From positions 210,001-242,000 of the forward strand of contig NZ_CP022339.1 of the NCBI RefSeq assembly GCF_003351905.1: a stretch of 32,000 bases of DNA, given 5' to 3'. This document shows positions 16,372 through 24,366 of this stretch, one piece after another. Both the position numbers and the translations under genes were made by a program. The notes below the pieces were generated by a model. That model saw nothing but the letters and a program-made list of their open reading frames with translations, was not told the DNA's origin and searched no databases. The stretch comes from Candidatus Saccharimonadota bacterium. GTDB lineage: Bacteria > Bacteroidota > Bacteroidia > Cytophagales > Amoebophilaceae. Each line of letters starts with the position of its first letter. The first letter of the stretch is position 1.

Positions 16372-17314
16372 TATTTATATACTACTACTTGCAACTTTAC
16401 CATCCAAACCAAAGTGCCTACGTCAGCGTATCCTAAGCATTACCTTAGACATTAGCTTCTTAGACAATCCTTCCACTTAATAGCCTACGGCTGGCTGCCT
16501 GCTTATTATTCTTAAAAAAAAAAGAAATAGTAAGAACTTTTAAGTGGTTAACCCGTTCCATGGTTTTGTTTCGCGTTAAACTTAGATTCCTACTATTTGC
16601 CGGAAAATGAGAACATCTATAATCGAGTGAATACAACCTCGATTCCTCTTTTGCTTCAAACCTTATGGTTTATGTGTATCAACCTTATTTTCACACTTAT
16701 TATTAACGACAATTCAATCATAGGTTCCTTGCGTAATCATATTTAACTCTGCTTGCAGGAATGCTCCATAAGGTTTGGATTGACCTACTTTTGTATCATG
16801 CTTGCACCCCAGAGGTTGCCACGCTTTGAAGTGTGATACATGCATTATCCCTGATGTCTAGGGAAGATGGAATTGAACCATCACAAAACCACGACTTGCG
16901 GGTCGCACATACTCCATAAAACGCAGGGGCATATACGAATCTTCAATAGATTGATGCTCGCAAAGAATATACAGGTATCCTTCCTGCCCATTTATATTGG
17001 TTTTGAACACTAAATCAGACTCTCCTCTTCTTCCAACTGGGTCCACAAAGCTTTTATTGGTCAGTTCTAAATTTTCTTGATCTATTTTAATAAATAGATC
17101 GGAAGGTAGATTGTAAGCCAGAAAATCTAGCATAGCTTCTTTATTACAAAAAGTATTTTTAAAAACGCTGTCGTGAGGTTTGTCCGCTCCTTCTTTTTTA
17201 TCCTTTTCCTTGTTTTTTTTCTTACTCATGTGATTAATACATTAAGACAAATAAACGGTATTAAAAATGTGAACCCTCCTGTAATAGTAGCAAAAATAAA
17301 GCAACATACTTAAT

Positions 17315-17992
17315 TTAAGAAAGCTGTTGTATGTCAGGCTCAGATAAACCTGTAAACCGTATAATCTTTTCTATGGGTTCACCTTCTTGGATCATTGCCT
17401 TAGCTATAGCAAGGGATTTGTCCTCTTCCCCTTTTTTAAAGATTAACTTATTATTTTCTTTTTGAAGTTCTATTATATTATTGAGTTGAGTAATTTGTTT
17501 CATGAATAGTGCTTCTGCCTCAGGTTTAAGTAAATATTTTGTACTTAATTCTAACCCTTCCATGATATGTTGATCCTTAAAGCTATAATAATGATTGGTT
17601 TTACCCCTGTAGCCACCTAGGATCAGATGGTCTACTACTTGTATATTCACTATGTCGCCTATTCTTGTAACGTGATCTGTAAAATCTATATCTGTTTCTG
17701 ATGGTGTGAAACGACCACTAGGATGATTATGAATAAGGATAAGCGTGGCTGCTTTTTTTTGATAAGGTATACAAAAGATATCCTTTAGCGGGACAGCTAC
17801 CCTATAAGATGAGCCTATACCAAGGAGTTCTATATTGACTATTATTTTTCTTATATCCAGTGCGATAGTCCAGAAATGTTCTTTAGTCAGGTCTATTTCC
17901 TTATCACGATTTAATATATGCTGCATAATCTTATGTGCATCATAAGAATTATGAATAGCAATTTTATCCTGATTTCTTAATCTGATTATCAT
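17315..17992 (-). CDS. RadC-like JAB/MPN domain protein with Rpn-type C-terminal tail
   Basis: 225-aa ORF with the JAMM motif LILIHNHPSGRFTPSETDIDFTDHV and ...VDHLILGG. The C-terminus LAIAKAMIQEGEPIEKIIRFTGLSEPDIQQLS resembles the tail of the Rpn protein at 12136..13104. Confidence 0.8.
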   Translation of the reverse strand: MIIRLRNQDKIAIHNSYDAHKIMQHILNRDKEIDLTKEHFWTIALDIRKIIVNIELLGIGSSYRVAVPLKDIFCIPYQKKAATLILIHNHPSGRFTPSETDIDFTDHVTRIGDIVNIQVVDHLILGGYRGKTNHYYSFKDQHIMEGLELSTKYLLKPEAEALFMKQITQLNNIIELQKENNKLIFKKGEEDKSLAIAKAMIQEGEPIEKIIRFTGLSEPDIQQLS

Positions 17993-18063
17993 GATACTAG
18001 ATAGATAACTTCGCTAAATAAGCTTGTCAAATAAGATAACGCAAGGCAAAATTGTTTCTACAA

Positions 18064-18717
18064 TCATACAAGTTTTTTTACTTGGCTCAGAGACAGACCC
18101 GTTATGCTTGCAACTTTTTCTAGGTCATAGCCATCTTTAAGCATAGCTTCAGCTATTTCTAGTTTTCCCTCTATTTTCCCTATATTTTTTCCTGATTGCT
18201 CAACAGAAGTCATTTTTTTAGTCATATCGCTTATTTCTTTTTTGAGTCTTTGTTCCATCTCATGACTAGGGAGATACTTGCCACTTTTATATATCTGATC
18301 CATCAAGCCATTGTTTTTAAAATCATAAAAACTACCTTCTGTAATGATGAGATGATCTAATAGCTTGATACCCACTATAGCTGCTGCCTGATGGAGACGA
18401 TCTGTAATATCTATGTCTTCTTCAGATGGGGTTAAATCCCCTGTTGGGCAGTTATGAATCAGGACAATACCAAAAGCTTTCTTTTGTAAAGGTATGCTCA
18501 ATATATCTGCTGGCTCTTTTACTACTGTACGATAGCTACCCATGCCGCAGAGTTCAAGATTTAAAATACTTTCTCCTTTATCTAACGCAATTACCCATAA
18601 GTTTTCCGTATTCAGATCTGGCTTATCTGGTTGTTCTAATAACGCAGACATCACCCCAAAAACATCATAAGCGTCCACAAGAGGTTGCTTATTTCTCTTA
18701 CTTTTCTTGACTGACAT
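18064..18717 (-). CDS. RadC-like JAB/MPN domain protein (variant HNC motif) with Rpn-type C-terminal tail
   Basis: 217-aa ORF with IVLIHNCPTGDLTPSEEDIDITDRL and ...LDHLIITEG. The C-terminus reads GKIEGKLEIAEAMLKDGYDLEKVASITGLSLSQVKKLV. Confidence 0.75.
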   Translation of the reverse strand: MSVKKSKRNKQPLVDAYDVFGVMSALLEQPDKPDLNTENLWVIALDKGESILNLELCGMGSYRTVVKEPADILSIPLQKKAFGIVLIHNCPTGDLTPSEEDIDITDRLHQAAAIVGIKLLDHLIITEGSFYDFKNNGLMDQIYKSGKYLPSHEMEQRLKKEISDMTKKMTSVEQSGKNIGKIEGKLEIAEAMLKDGYDLEKVASITGLSLSQVKKLV

Positions 18718-19213
18718 AATGCAAAAAATTTAAATCAATAGGAACCTAAATAGACAAGCATATACTTATCTAGTTATTTATCCATTGGAATATAATTTAT
18801 TTTATAAAGTAAAAAATTTAAATATATATTTTATCCATAGCCTAAATAGACAGGTCAACTTAACTATATATATGGAGCCATTGCGATAAAAATTTGTAAA
18901 ACATTTTTATACAAATTCATACTTACTTAATTTAAACACTTTTGTAATATCTTAGCGTTAAAATATCATTATAGGGTTTTTTAAGTAATTCTTGGATAGA
19001 CCTTTACATCTTTTATAAAATTCAAAATCAATCCGTCATAATAAATAATTTAAAATCATTCATTTTCAGATTAATAAAGCTTATTGTACTAAGCTCATGT
19101 TGATAAGTACAATTCTATATTTGGAGAATTGAAATTTAATTAATAAATACATATTGACCTAAGCTTGTTAGGTGCAGTTATTACTTAAATAGAATCCTCT
19201 TAAACCTCCTACA

Positions 19214-20374
19214 ATGAAATCGTGTAATTTCAAAATACAGTGCTTATTATACTTAACAGTTATAATAAGTATATTAGGTTGTCAACAATATAACAAGGTG
19301 CACATGCAAAGTATACCTGTACCTCAAGCATCTACATCTGAATCTGGATCTCGACCTAAATCTAGAACAGAAAGTAAACCCATCATAGTATACTTGCATG
19401 GTGGGGGTGCGGACAGGCATGAAGTTAACCCGTTTATAAAAAAGCTCGGCGAAGAAGAATTCTTGTACATTTCATTAACATGTAGGGAGGGAGCGTTTAA
19501 AGCGATGCATATCCCAATGGAAACACAAGTAAAGGCATGTGCTAAAGAAATATTAAAAAAACTCAAAGAACATTATCCAATGTTTACAGAGCAACAACTT
19601 CAAACGCTCCCTATCCATATAATAGGTAATAGTCAAGGTGGAGTGGTAGCCTGCCTTTTAGGAGCAAATCATAAAAATAAACTTAATATTAAGAAGATAA
19701 TCTGCTTCCATTCATGTTTATCAGGAATGGACTTAATGAGCAATGATGGAGCTGATATAAGAACTTTTTTCAACAAGTCACGAGAAGTATTTGGTCACAC
19801 TACCCAATGGCAAGACAAGTTCAAAATTTACGCAATGACAAAAATATTATTCGGAACAAGCAAGATTGCCAATTTTTTATTTCCAGCTATATCAAATCTC
19901 CATTATTTAGAAGATGTAAAGAATTTCCTACGTGACTCTACGCATCATATTCCTATATTAATTGTAGCTGGTGTAGTAGATCTTATGGAACGTATTGATC
20001 CCGGTATTGTAAATCCTAACAGGAATCAGGTTCATAATCTTGTTAAAGAATATGCCAAAATTATTACTAAAAAGGAGGGCACTGCTGAGCAAAAAGACCG
20101 GGCACATGATACCATGCTTTCACTGAAAAACCAGCTTGGAAGAACAGATAGTTATGACTCACTTGTAGAGTGTATACCAGAAAATGATCCAAATTTCTTG
20201 ACTGCATGTCTTTCTGTTTACCCTGAAAATGTAAAATTATACATCGCCGATAAGGAATTTCACCTTCTCAATGATGATAACATATTAATTCCTTCTAGAT
20301 GTATTCTGAATCATACAACGTTAAGTGAAAATACTGTAGAAACAATAAGATCATTTTTACTGCAACCATCATAA
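19214..20374 (+). CDS. Putative lipoprotein alpha/beta-hydrolase (esterase/lipase-like)
   Basis: 386-aa ORF. The N-terminus is a hydrophobic leader ending in the lipobox-like ISILGC. It also carries IVYLHGGGADRHE and the nucleophile elbow IIGNSQGGVV (G.S.G). Confidence 0.65.
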   Translation: MKSCNFKIQCLLYLTVIISILGCQQYNKVHMQSIPVPQASTSESGSRPKSRTESKPIIVYLHGGGADRHEVNPFIKKLGEEEFLYISLTCREGAFKAMHIPMETQVKACAKEILKKLKEHYPMFTEQQLQTLPIHIIGNSQGGVVACLLGANHKNKLNIKKIICFHSCLSGMDLMSNDGADIRTFFNKSREVFGHTTQWQDKFKIYAMTKILFGTSKIANFLFPAISNLHYLEDVKNFLRDSTHHIPILIVAGVVDLMERIDPGIVNPNRNQVHNLVKEYAKIITKKEGTAEQKDRAHDTMLSLKNQLGRTDSYDSLVECIPENDPNFLTACLSVYPENVKLYIADKEFHLLNDDNILIPSRCILNHTTLSENTVETIRSFLLQPS

Positions 20375-20479
20375 AGAAAAGGATAAAAACCTTGTGGAAG
20401 ATTTATAATTTATCATATGGTAACTTATATGATATAGATTCGGGCCTTTCCAGCAGATTGTGTAAAATCATTTTCGTTG

Positions 20480-20835
20480 TTCTACTATATTACTATAAGT
20501 TCAAGCAGCGATAGATTTATTGTTAGAAGGTGGCGCAGATTTATCGACTATCTTTGCTCAAGATGGTCTATTCAAGGTTTTTAACGAAAAATATAGTAGA
20601 GCGGGCTCTAGCCTCTGAGTTAGACAATCATTTAGGGTATAGTAAATATGTTAGAAACCATTCTGATAATTCCAGAAATAGCAGCTACAACAAGCGCTTA
20701 ACCACGGATCAGGGAGGGATAGACTTGGATGTTCCAAGAGATAGATCGGGTATATTTGAACCTATGATTGTTCCGAAGCATTAGCGAAGAATAGATGGCC
20801 TTGACCAGAAAATTCTATACTTTATATGGTTTTAT
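20480..20835 (+). pseudogene. Divergent IS256-family transposase gene, N-terminal fragment with frameshift and in-frame TAG
   Basis: ..IVERALASELDNHLGYSKYVRN..NSRNSSYNKRLTTDQGGIDLDVPRDRSGIFEPMIVPKH*RRIDGLDQKILY matches the N-terminal third of IS256-type transposases (compare 13192..14430). An upstream part (AAIDLLLEGGADL..GLFK) lies in another frame. The fragment ends where the IS982-like end begins. Confidence 0.7.
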
Positions 20836-20861
20836 AATCTGCTTTAAAAATCACATGTTAA

Positions 20862-21420
20862 TATTAACCTGAGTTCGGGATTAGATTTTTCATAAATAGT
20901 TTAAAAAGCTCCTTTGTGTTTTAAATTTGGAGATCAAATTTTCAACCAAATTAACAAAGGAGCCAATTATGAATGTAGAAAAATTAGTTGAAATATATTA
21001 TGCTGTTGATGAATTTCTCATAAAATTTATGCCTTATATGGAAAAGAAACTGCTGACCCATTCTGAAAGAAAACCAACTAGGACGTGTTCATTAAATTTA
21101 AGTGAAATAATGACTATCCTTATTGCCTTTCATGTAATTGGATTTAGAAATTTTAAGTCTTATTACATTCATTTACAAAAATTTCATTCCAGTGAATTTA
21201 AGAAACTAGTAAGCTATAATCGCTTCATAGAGTTGGTACCTAGAGTACTAGTTCCGTTATTTTTTTTTTACACAAAGTCTGCCTAAAAAGAAAACAGGCT
21301 GTTATTTTATAGATTCCACGGCCATCAAGGTTTGTAACATCAAAAGAGCCTATGCTCATAAGGTTGCTAAATCGATTGCTACTAAAGGTAAAACTAGTAC
21401 CGGTTGGTTTTTTGGATTAA
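20862..21420 (+). pseudogene. IS982-family element, left end plus N-terminal half of the transposase gene; frameshifted and 3'-truncated
   Basis: The likely ATG is at 20969: MNVEKLVEIYYAVDEFL...LSEIMTILIAFHVIGFRNFKSYY...LVSYNRFIELVPRVLVPL. After the T10 run at 21260-21269 the homology continues in the +1 frame (KKKTGCYFIDSTAIKVCNIKRAYAHKVAKSIATKGKTSTGWFFGL) and stops at about 21420. Confidence 0.7.
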
Positions 21421-21458
21421 GTGTGCCGCAGATGTATTCGGGAGAGGTAGAAATGTAA

Positions 21459-22195
21459 ATAACTTCTCTAAATACAGTACAGCTATGGAGGATTCGCCAG
21501 AGATGTTGGAAATATGATTGGGTTCTTGAATTTGATATCAAGGGTCTTTTCGACAACATTGATCATGCTTTGCTAATGAGCGCTCTAAGAAAACATACAG
21601 ATAAAGAGTGGATTCTTCTTTATGTAGAAAGATGGTTGAAAGCTCCGATGATACGGGAGGGTATTCTCTCAGAACGTACCCAAGGCACACCCCAGGGTGG
21701 GGTTATTGGCCCTCTTCTAGCCAACTTATTTTTGCATTATGCTTTTGATTTGTGGATGAAAAGGACATTTCTCGGCGTGGAATTTTGCCGTTACGCGGAT
21801 GATGGACTTGTACATTGTAAAACGAAAAAGCAGGCAGAATACATAAAAGAGAGATTTACGAAGCGCTTTAAAGAATGCGGACTAGAGCTCAACGAGAACA
21901 AGACCAGGATTGTTTACTGTAAGGACAAACTAAGAGTCCAAGATTATTCTATAATAAGCTTTGACTTTTTAGGGTACACTTTTAGGCCTCGGTTATCCTA
22001 CAGTACATCCAAAGAAGAGTTCTTCGTGAACTTCTCTCCAGCTGTAAGTAAAGCCTCTATAAAAGCTATGAGTCAGGAAATGAGACGGTGGAAGCTCAAT
22101 CTGAGAAGCTCACAATTTCTTGAGGACTTCTCAAGAATGTATAATCCGGTTCTTCGAGGCTGGTGGCATTATTATGGATTCTTTTACAAAATTGA
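21459..22195 (+). pseudogene. 5'-truncated group II intron-type reverse transcriptase/maturase
   Basis: ..RQRCWKYDWVLEFDIKGLFDNIDHALLM...TPQGGVIGPLLANLFLHYAFD...FCRYADDGLVHC...FDFLGYTF...LRGWWHYYGFFYK covers RT domains 3-7 plus the start of the X domain. RT domains 0-2 are absent, no domain V was recognised downstream, and the ORF tail after about 22195 has no RT-like features. Confidence 0.75.
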
Positions 22196-22299
22196 AAGAT
22201 TGAAACAGGACCTAAGGTGCGCAAAGAAGGTGCTAGTACTAAGGTTACTCCTCCTAAAAAAGATTATAGTAGTGACCCTAATACCTATGATAAGAATAG

Positions 22300-22433
22300 A
22301 CCTAGACGTGGTGGCAATCAATGATCATGGTGCAGGTCCTAGTGGCGTGAAAAGAAACCTTAAGTTCTAGAGGGTGCTAGTGGAAGAAGAAGTAAATGAT
22401 CGTGTTACCTTCAGCAGATTTTGTAGCATTTAA
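22300..22433 (+). pseudogene. Possible tiny remnant of an IS5/IS1182-like transposase N-terminus
   Basis: ..GAGPSGVKRNLKF*RVLVEEEVNDRVTFSRFCSI* resembles the ..GRP.....L.....LEE.L.DR.SF.RFLGL motif of IS5-type transposases. It is very short and interrupted by a stop. Confidence 0.25.
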
Positions 22434-22592
22434 TTATGAGCGCTAAACTATTTTATATTTTTAATATATTAGTTTGCATGGGAACCAGTGTTTGAAATAG
22501 GGTAAGGATGTTTCTTAATAAGAATATTTATTATTAAGGGTTCACTTTACGGTTGTATATCTGAGCAAGTACTATTTAAATCTATATCCATT

Positions 22593-23318
22593 ATGATAAG
22601 ATCAATGTATAAATTTTTACATGTGTACATAAGATTTATAAAATCACGGAATAAAGTAATATTATTGTATACTGGTTTATTCTTACACTCTTGTAGCGCT
22701 ATTAGAGCGCATAGGTCGAATATAACTCCTATTACAAGGCAGGATCTATTAGAACAAGATCTCTTAGTAAGGGGAGCAGGTATTACAGTGGCACAAGAAA
22801 ATAGGCCATTGATCGAGGAGTTAAGAAGTAAACTTGGGAGATTACGAAACGAAGGTTTTGTAGACGGTACTGATCATAATAATACTAGTATGAAAAAACA
22901 TTTCATGTTTGTGTTTTATCATTGTCTTAGATGTAAGCAAAGTAGAATGTCCATTCCAGAAAAGGTAACCTATTTTAGTGGGCTTAACGATACCCCAAAT
23001 TTAGTTTGGGATCTAGTACATACTAGGGAGGATACAATAGAGTTTAGGCTCAAGAGTCTTTACGACCAAGGGTCTGATCCAAATTGGCGCAGTAATTTGG
23101 CTAAGTCAAGACGGGGGACTTCGCCTATTTCCGATTTCGGAAGTGGGCTCGAAAAGGTAGATATAGATCATTTACTTAGAAGTGATCGTGTAACAATTGA
23201 GCTACCAGTAAGTTTACACAAAGAGAAAACTCGGTTTATAGATAATCTCACAAATATTCCTAAAAGAAACGTGACCAGGAACTCTTATGATTACTGGAGA
23301 AGTAGAGTTGGCCACTAA
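22593..23318 (+). CDS. Hypothetical protein with lipoprotein-like leader
   Basis: 241-aa ORF whose N-terminus has the hydrophobic stretch ILLYTGLFLHSCSAI. No catalytic family recognised. Confidence 0.5.
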   Translation: MIRSMYKFLHVYIRFIKSRNKVILLYTGLFLHSCSAIRAHRSNITPITRQDLLEQDLLVRGAGITVAQENRPLIEELRSKLGRLRNEGFVDGTDHNNTSMKKHFMFVFYHCLRCKQSRMSIPEKVTYFSGLNDTPNLVWDLVHTREDTIEFRLKSLYDQGSDPNWRSNLAKSRRGTSPISDFGSGLEKVDIDHLLRSDRVTIELPVSLHKEKTRFIDNLTNIPKRNVTRNSYDYWRSRVGH

Positions 23319-23390
23319 TGAGCTAGATGACAAGCTTGTAAATCGAGTAAAAAAGAAGTTAATATATAAACTAATAAATTAAATATTTTA

Positions 23391-24137
23391 TTGTATATCA
23401 TGAACTCTACAAAAATTCATATTATGTTAAGAACCATAAGAATAAAAAACATATACCCTTTATTATTCATAGGTGTAACGCATTTAGGGTGTTCATCAAG
23501 TTATCGTTACCAAATGGAAACTGGAGATACAAGCGTCCAATCTAGTTCTAAGAAAGAAGGTGAACATAGTGTGCCTCAACGTGGAACTAATACACAACTG
23601 GATGAAAAGATAAAAAAATTCTTGGACAAAGAAGATTTTGAAAAAGGATCACCTGTAACTAATGAAGAACTGGATTTGGTAATTAATAAGCTGGGTAGAA
23701 CTGTAGATATGTTTAATATGTCTAGTATAGACAAAGAGTATAAAGCATTTTTAAATAAATATGGATCTATAGATGGTGGAGGTTTCGAGATATATGGACC
23801 TACTGTACATACCGGTGATAATGAAAAAAGAATTCAATATATATCATCGATACAACGTGGATTTGAGAATCGTTGTAGAACGAGTAAAATGAAAGCAGCA
23901 CAAATAAAATCGTGTTGGTTAATAGCAGGTATAGATCAAGGTGACGAGTATTATATAAATTTGTCTGGGAAAAAGAAAGAAAATATATATTCTATTAGCC
24001 CTGATGGTAAATCAAAGCTTTTTGCTAAAGATTTTTTAGAGTTTTTGGATAAGTTCTTTGAATCTTATGAGAGAAAATTTGAAGAAGAAACTTATCAAGG
24101 AGAAGTTTATCAAGAGGAAGGATCCGATTCCGATTAG
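23391..24137 (+). CDS. Lipoprotein-like protein with SMI1/KNR4 (SUKH)-like C-terminal domain; the ATG at 23400 is the more likely start
   Basis: The leader is YPLLFIGVTHLGCSSS. The C-terminal region NEELDLVINKLGRTV....EYKAFLNKYGSIDGGGFEIYGP.....WLIAGIDQGDEYYINL...IYSISPDGKSKLFAKDFLEFLDKFF fits the SUKH pattern (..E..LG..LP..Y..FL...NG.....I.G ... D.G..Y.....G.V........A.SF.EFL). Confidence 0.55.
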   Translation: MYIMNSTKIHIMLRTIRIKNIYPLLFIGVTHLGCSSSYRYQMETGDTSVQSSSKKEGEHSVPQRGTNTQLDEKIKKFLDKEDFEKGSPVTNEELDLVINKLGRTVDMFNMSSIDKEYKAFLNKYGSIDGGGFEIYGPTVHTGDNEKRIQYISSIQRGFENRCRTSKMKAAQIKSCWLIAGIDQGDEYYINLSGKKKENIYSISPDGKSKLFAKDFLEFLDKFFESYERKFEEETYQGEVYQEEGSDSD

Positions 24138-24141
24138 TATA

Positions 24142-24270
24142 TTTCCTGGCTCTGTCCAATTAAGTGTCGTACGTTTGTATTAAGTAAGATTATCTTATTA
24201 AAGAGCTGGAATAAGGTCGCTCAAGTGCTGGTATTAGATGCCGTTTTACACGTTCCGCCCCCAGCTCTTT
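24142..24270 (+). repeat. Copy B of the ~110-nt repeat; contains a 10-bp perfect inverted repeat (AAAGAGCTGG / CCAGCTCTTT) bracketing a 51-nt segment
   Basis: 24142-24209 aligns with 151-218. 24221-24262 is the reverse complement of 217-259. AAAGAGCTGG at 24200-24209 pairs with CCAGCTCTTT at 24261-24270. Confidence 0.65.
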
Positions 24271-24366
24271 TCATCTTAAAAACTGAATAGTTCGTTGGCC
24301 CTTAGAGCCCGTGGTTGCGACGATAGTTTATAAGATGATTCAATTTAGTATAAACTTTCTAATAAT

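Larger units (their letters stand above)
14605..16908 (-). mobile_element. Group II intron (2304 nt) in sense orientation within the Rpn-family gene
   Basis: The minus-strand 5' end reads GTGCGACCCGCAAGTCG immediately after exon codon TAT. Domain V (GAGCCGGATGATGGGAAACTATCACGTCCGGTT) lies 40 nt before a 3' end ...GCTTAGAT (AY terminus). Removing 14605..16908 restores the Rpn reading frame (..RFMEY|NNIQLIRQH..). Confidence 0.85.
14465..17229 (-). pseudogene. Rpn-family gene disrupted twice: split by a group II intron and 3'-truncated by the IS256 element
   Basis: Exon 1 (17229..16909) reads MSKKK...HDSVFKNTFCNKEAMLDFLAYNLPSDL...SDLVFKT...GYLYILCEHQSIEDSYMPLRFMEY. Exon 2 (14604..14465) continues in frame with NNIQLIRQHLKEKGNVLLPVILNICIYNGQKAYKGSNSLLSMFSDPEE and ends abruptly at the IS256 right end (14464). 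Confidence 0.8.

Noticed and set aside
18426-19566. ORFs 18426..18710 (+) and 19324..19566 (-)
   Set aside because: They are antisense to the RadC-like gene and to the alpha/beta-hydrolase gene respectively. No motifs support them.
21356-21559. 67-aa minus-strand ORF
   Set aside because: It spans the junction between the IS982 fragment and the RT fragment, on the strand opposite to both homologies.
22196-22370. C-terminal ~58 aa of ORF 21570..22370 (..LLLLKKIIVVTLIPMIRIDLDVVAINDHGAG..)
   Set aside because: RT/maturase similarity ends at ..GWWHYYGFFYK. The remainder is read-through into unrelated debris, not part of a functional protein.
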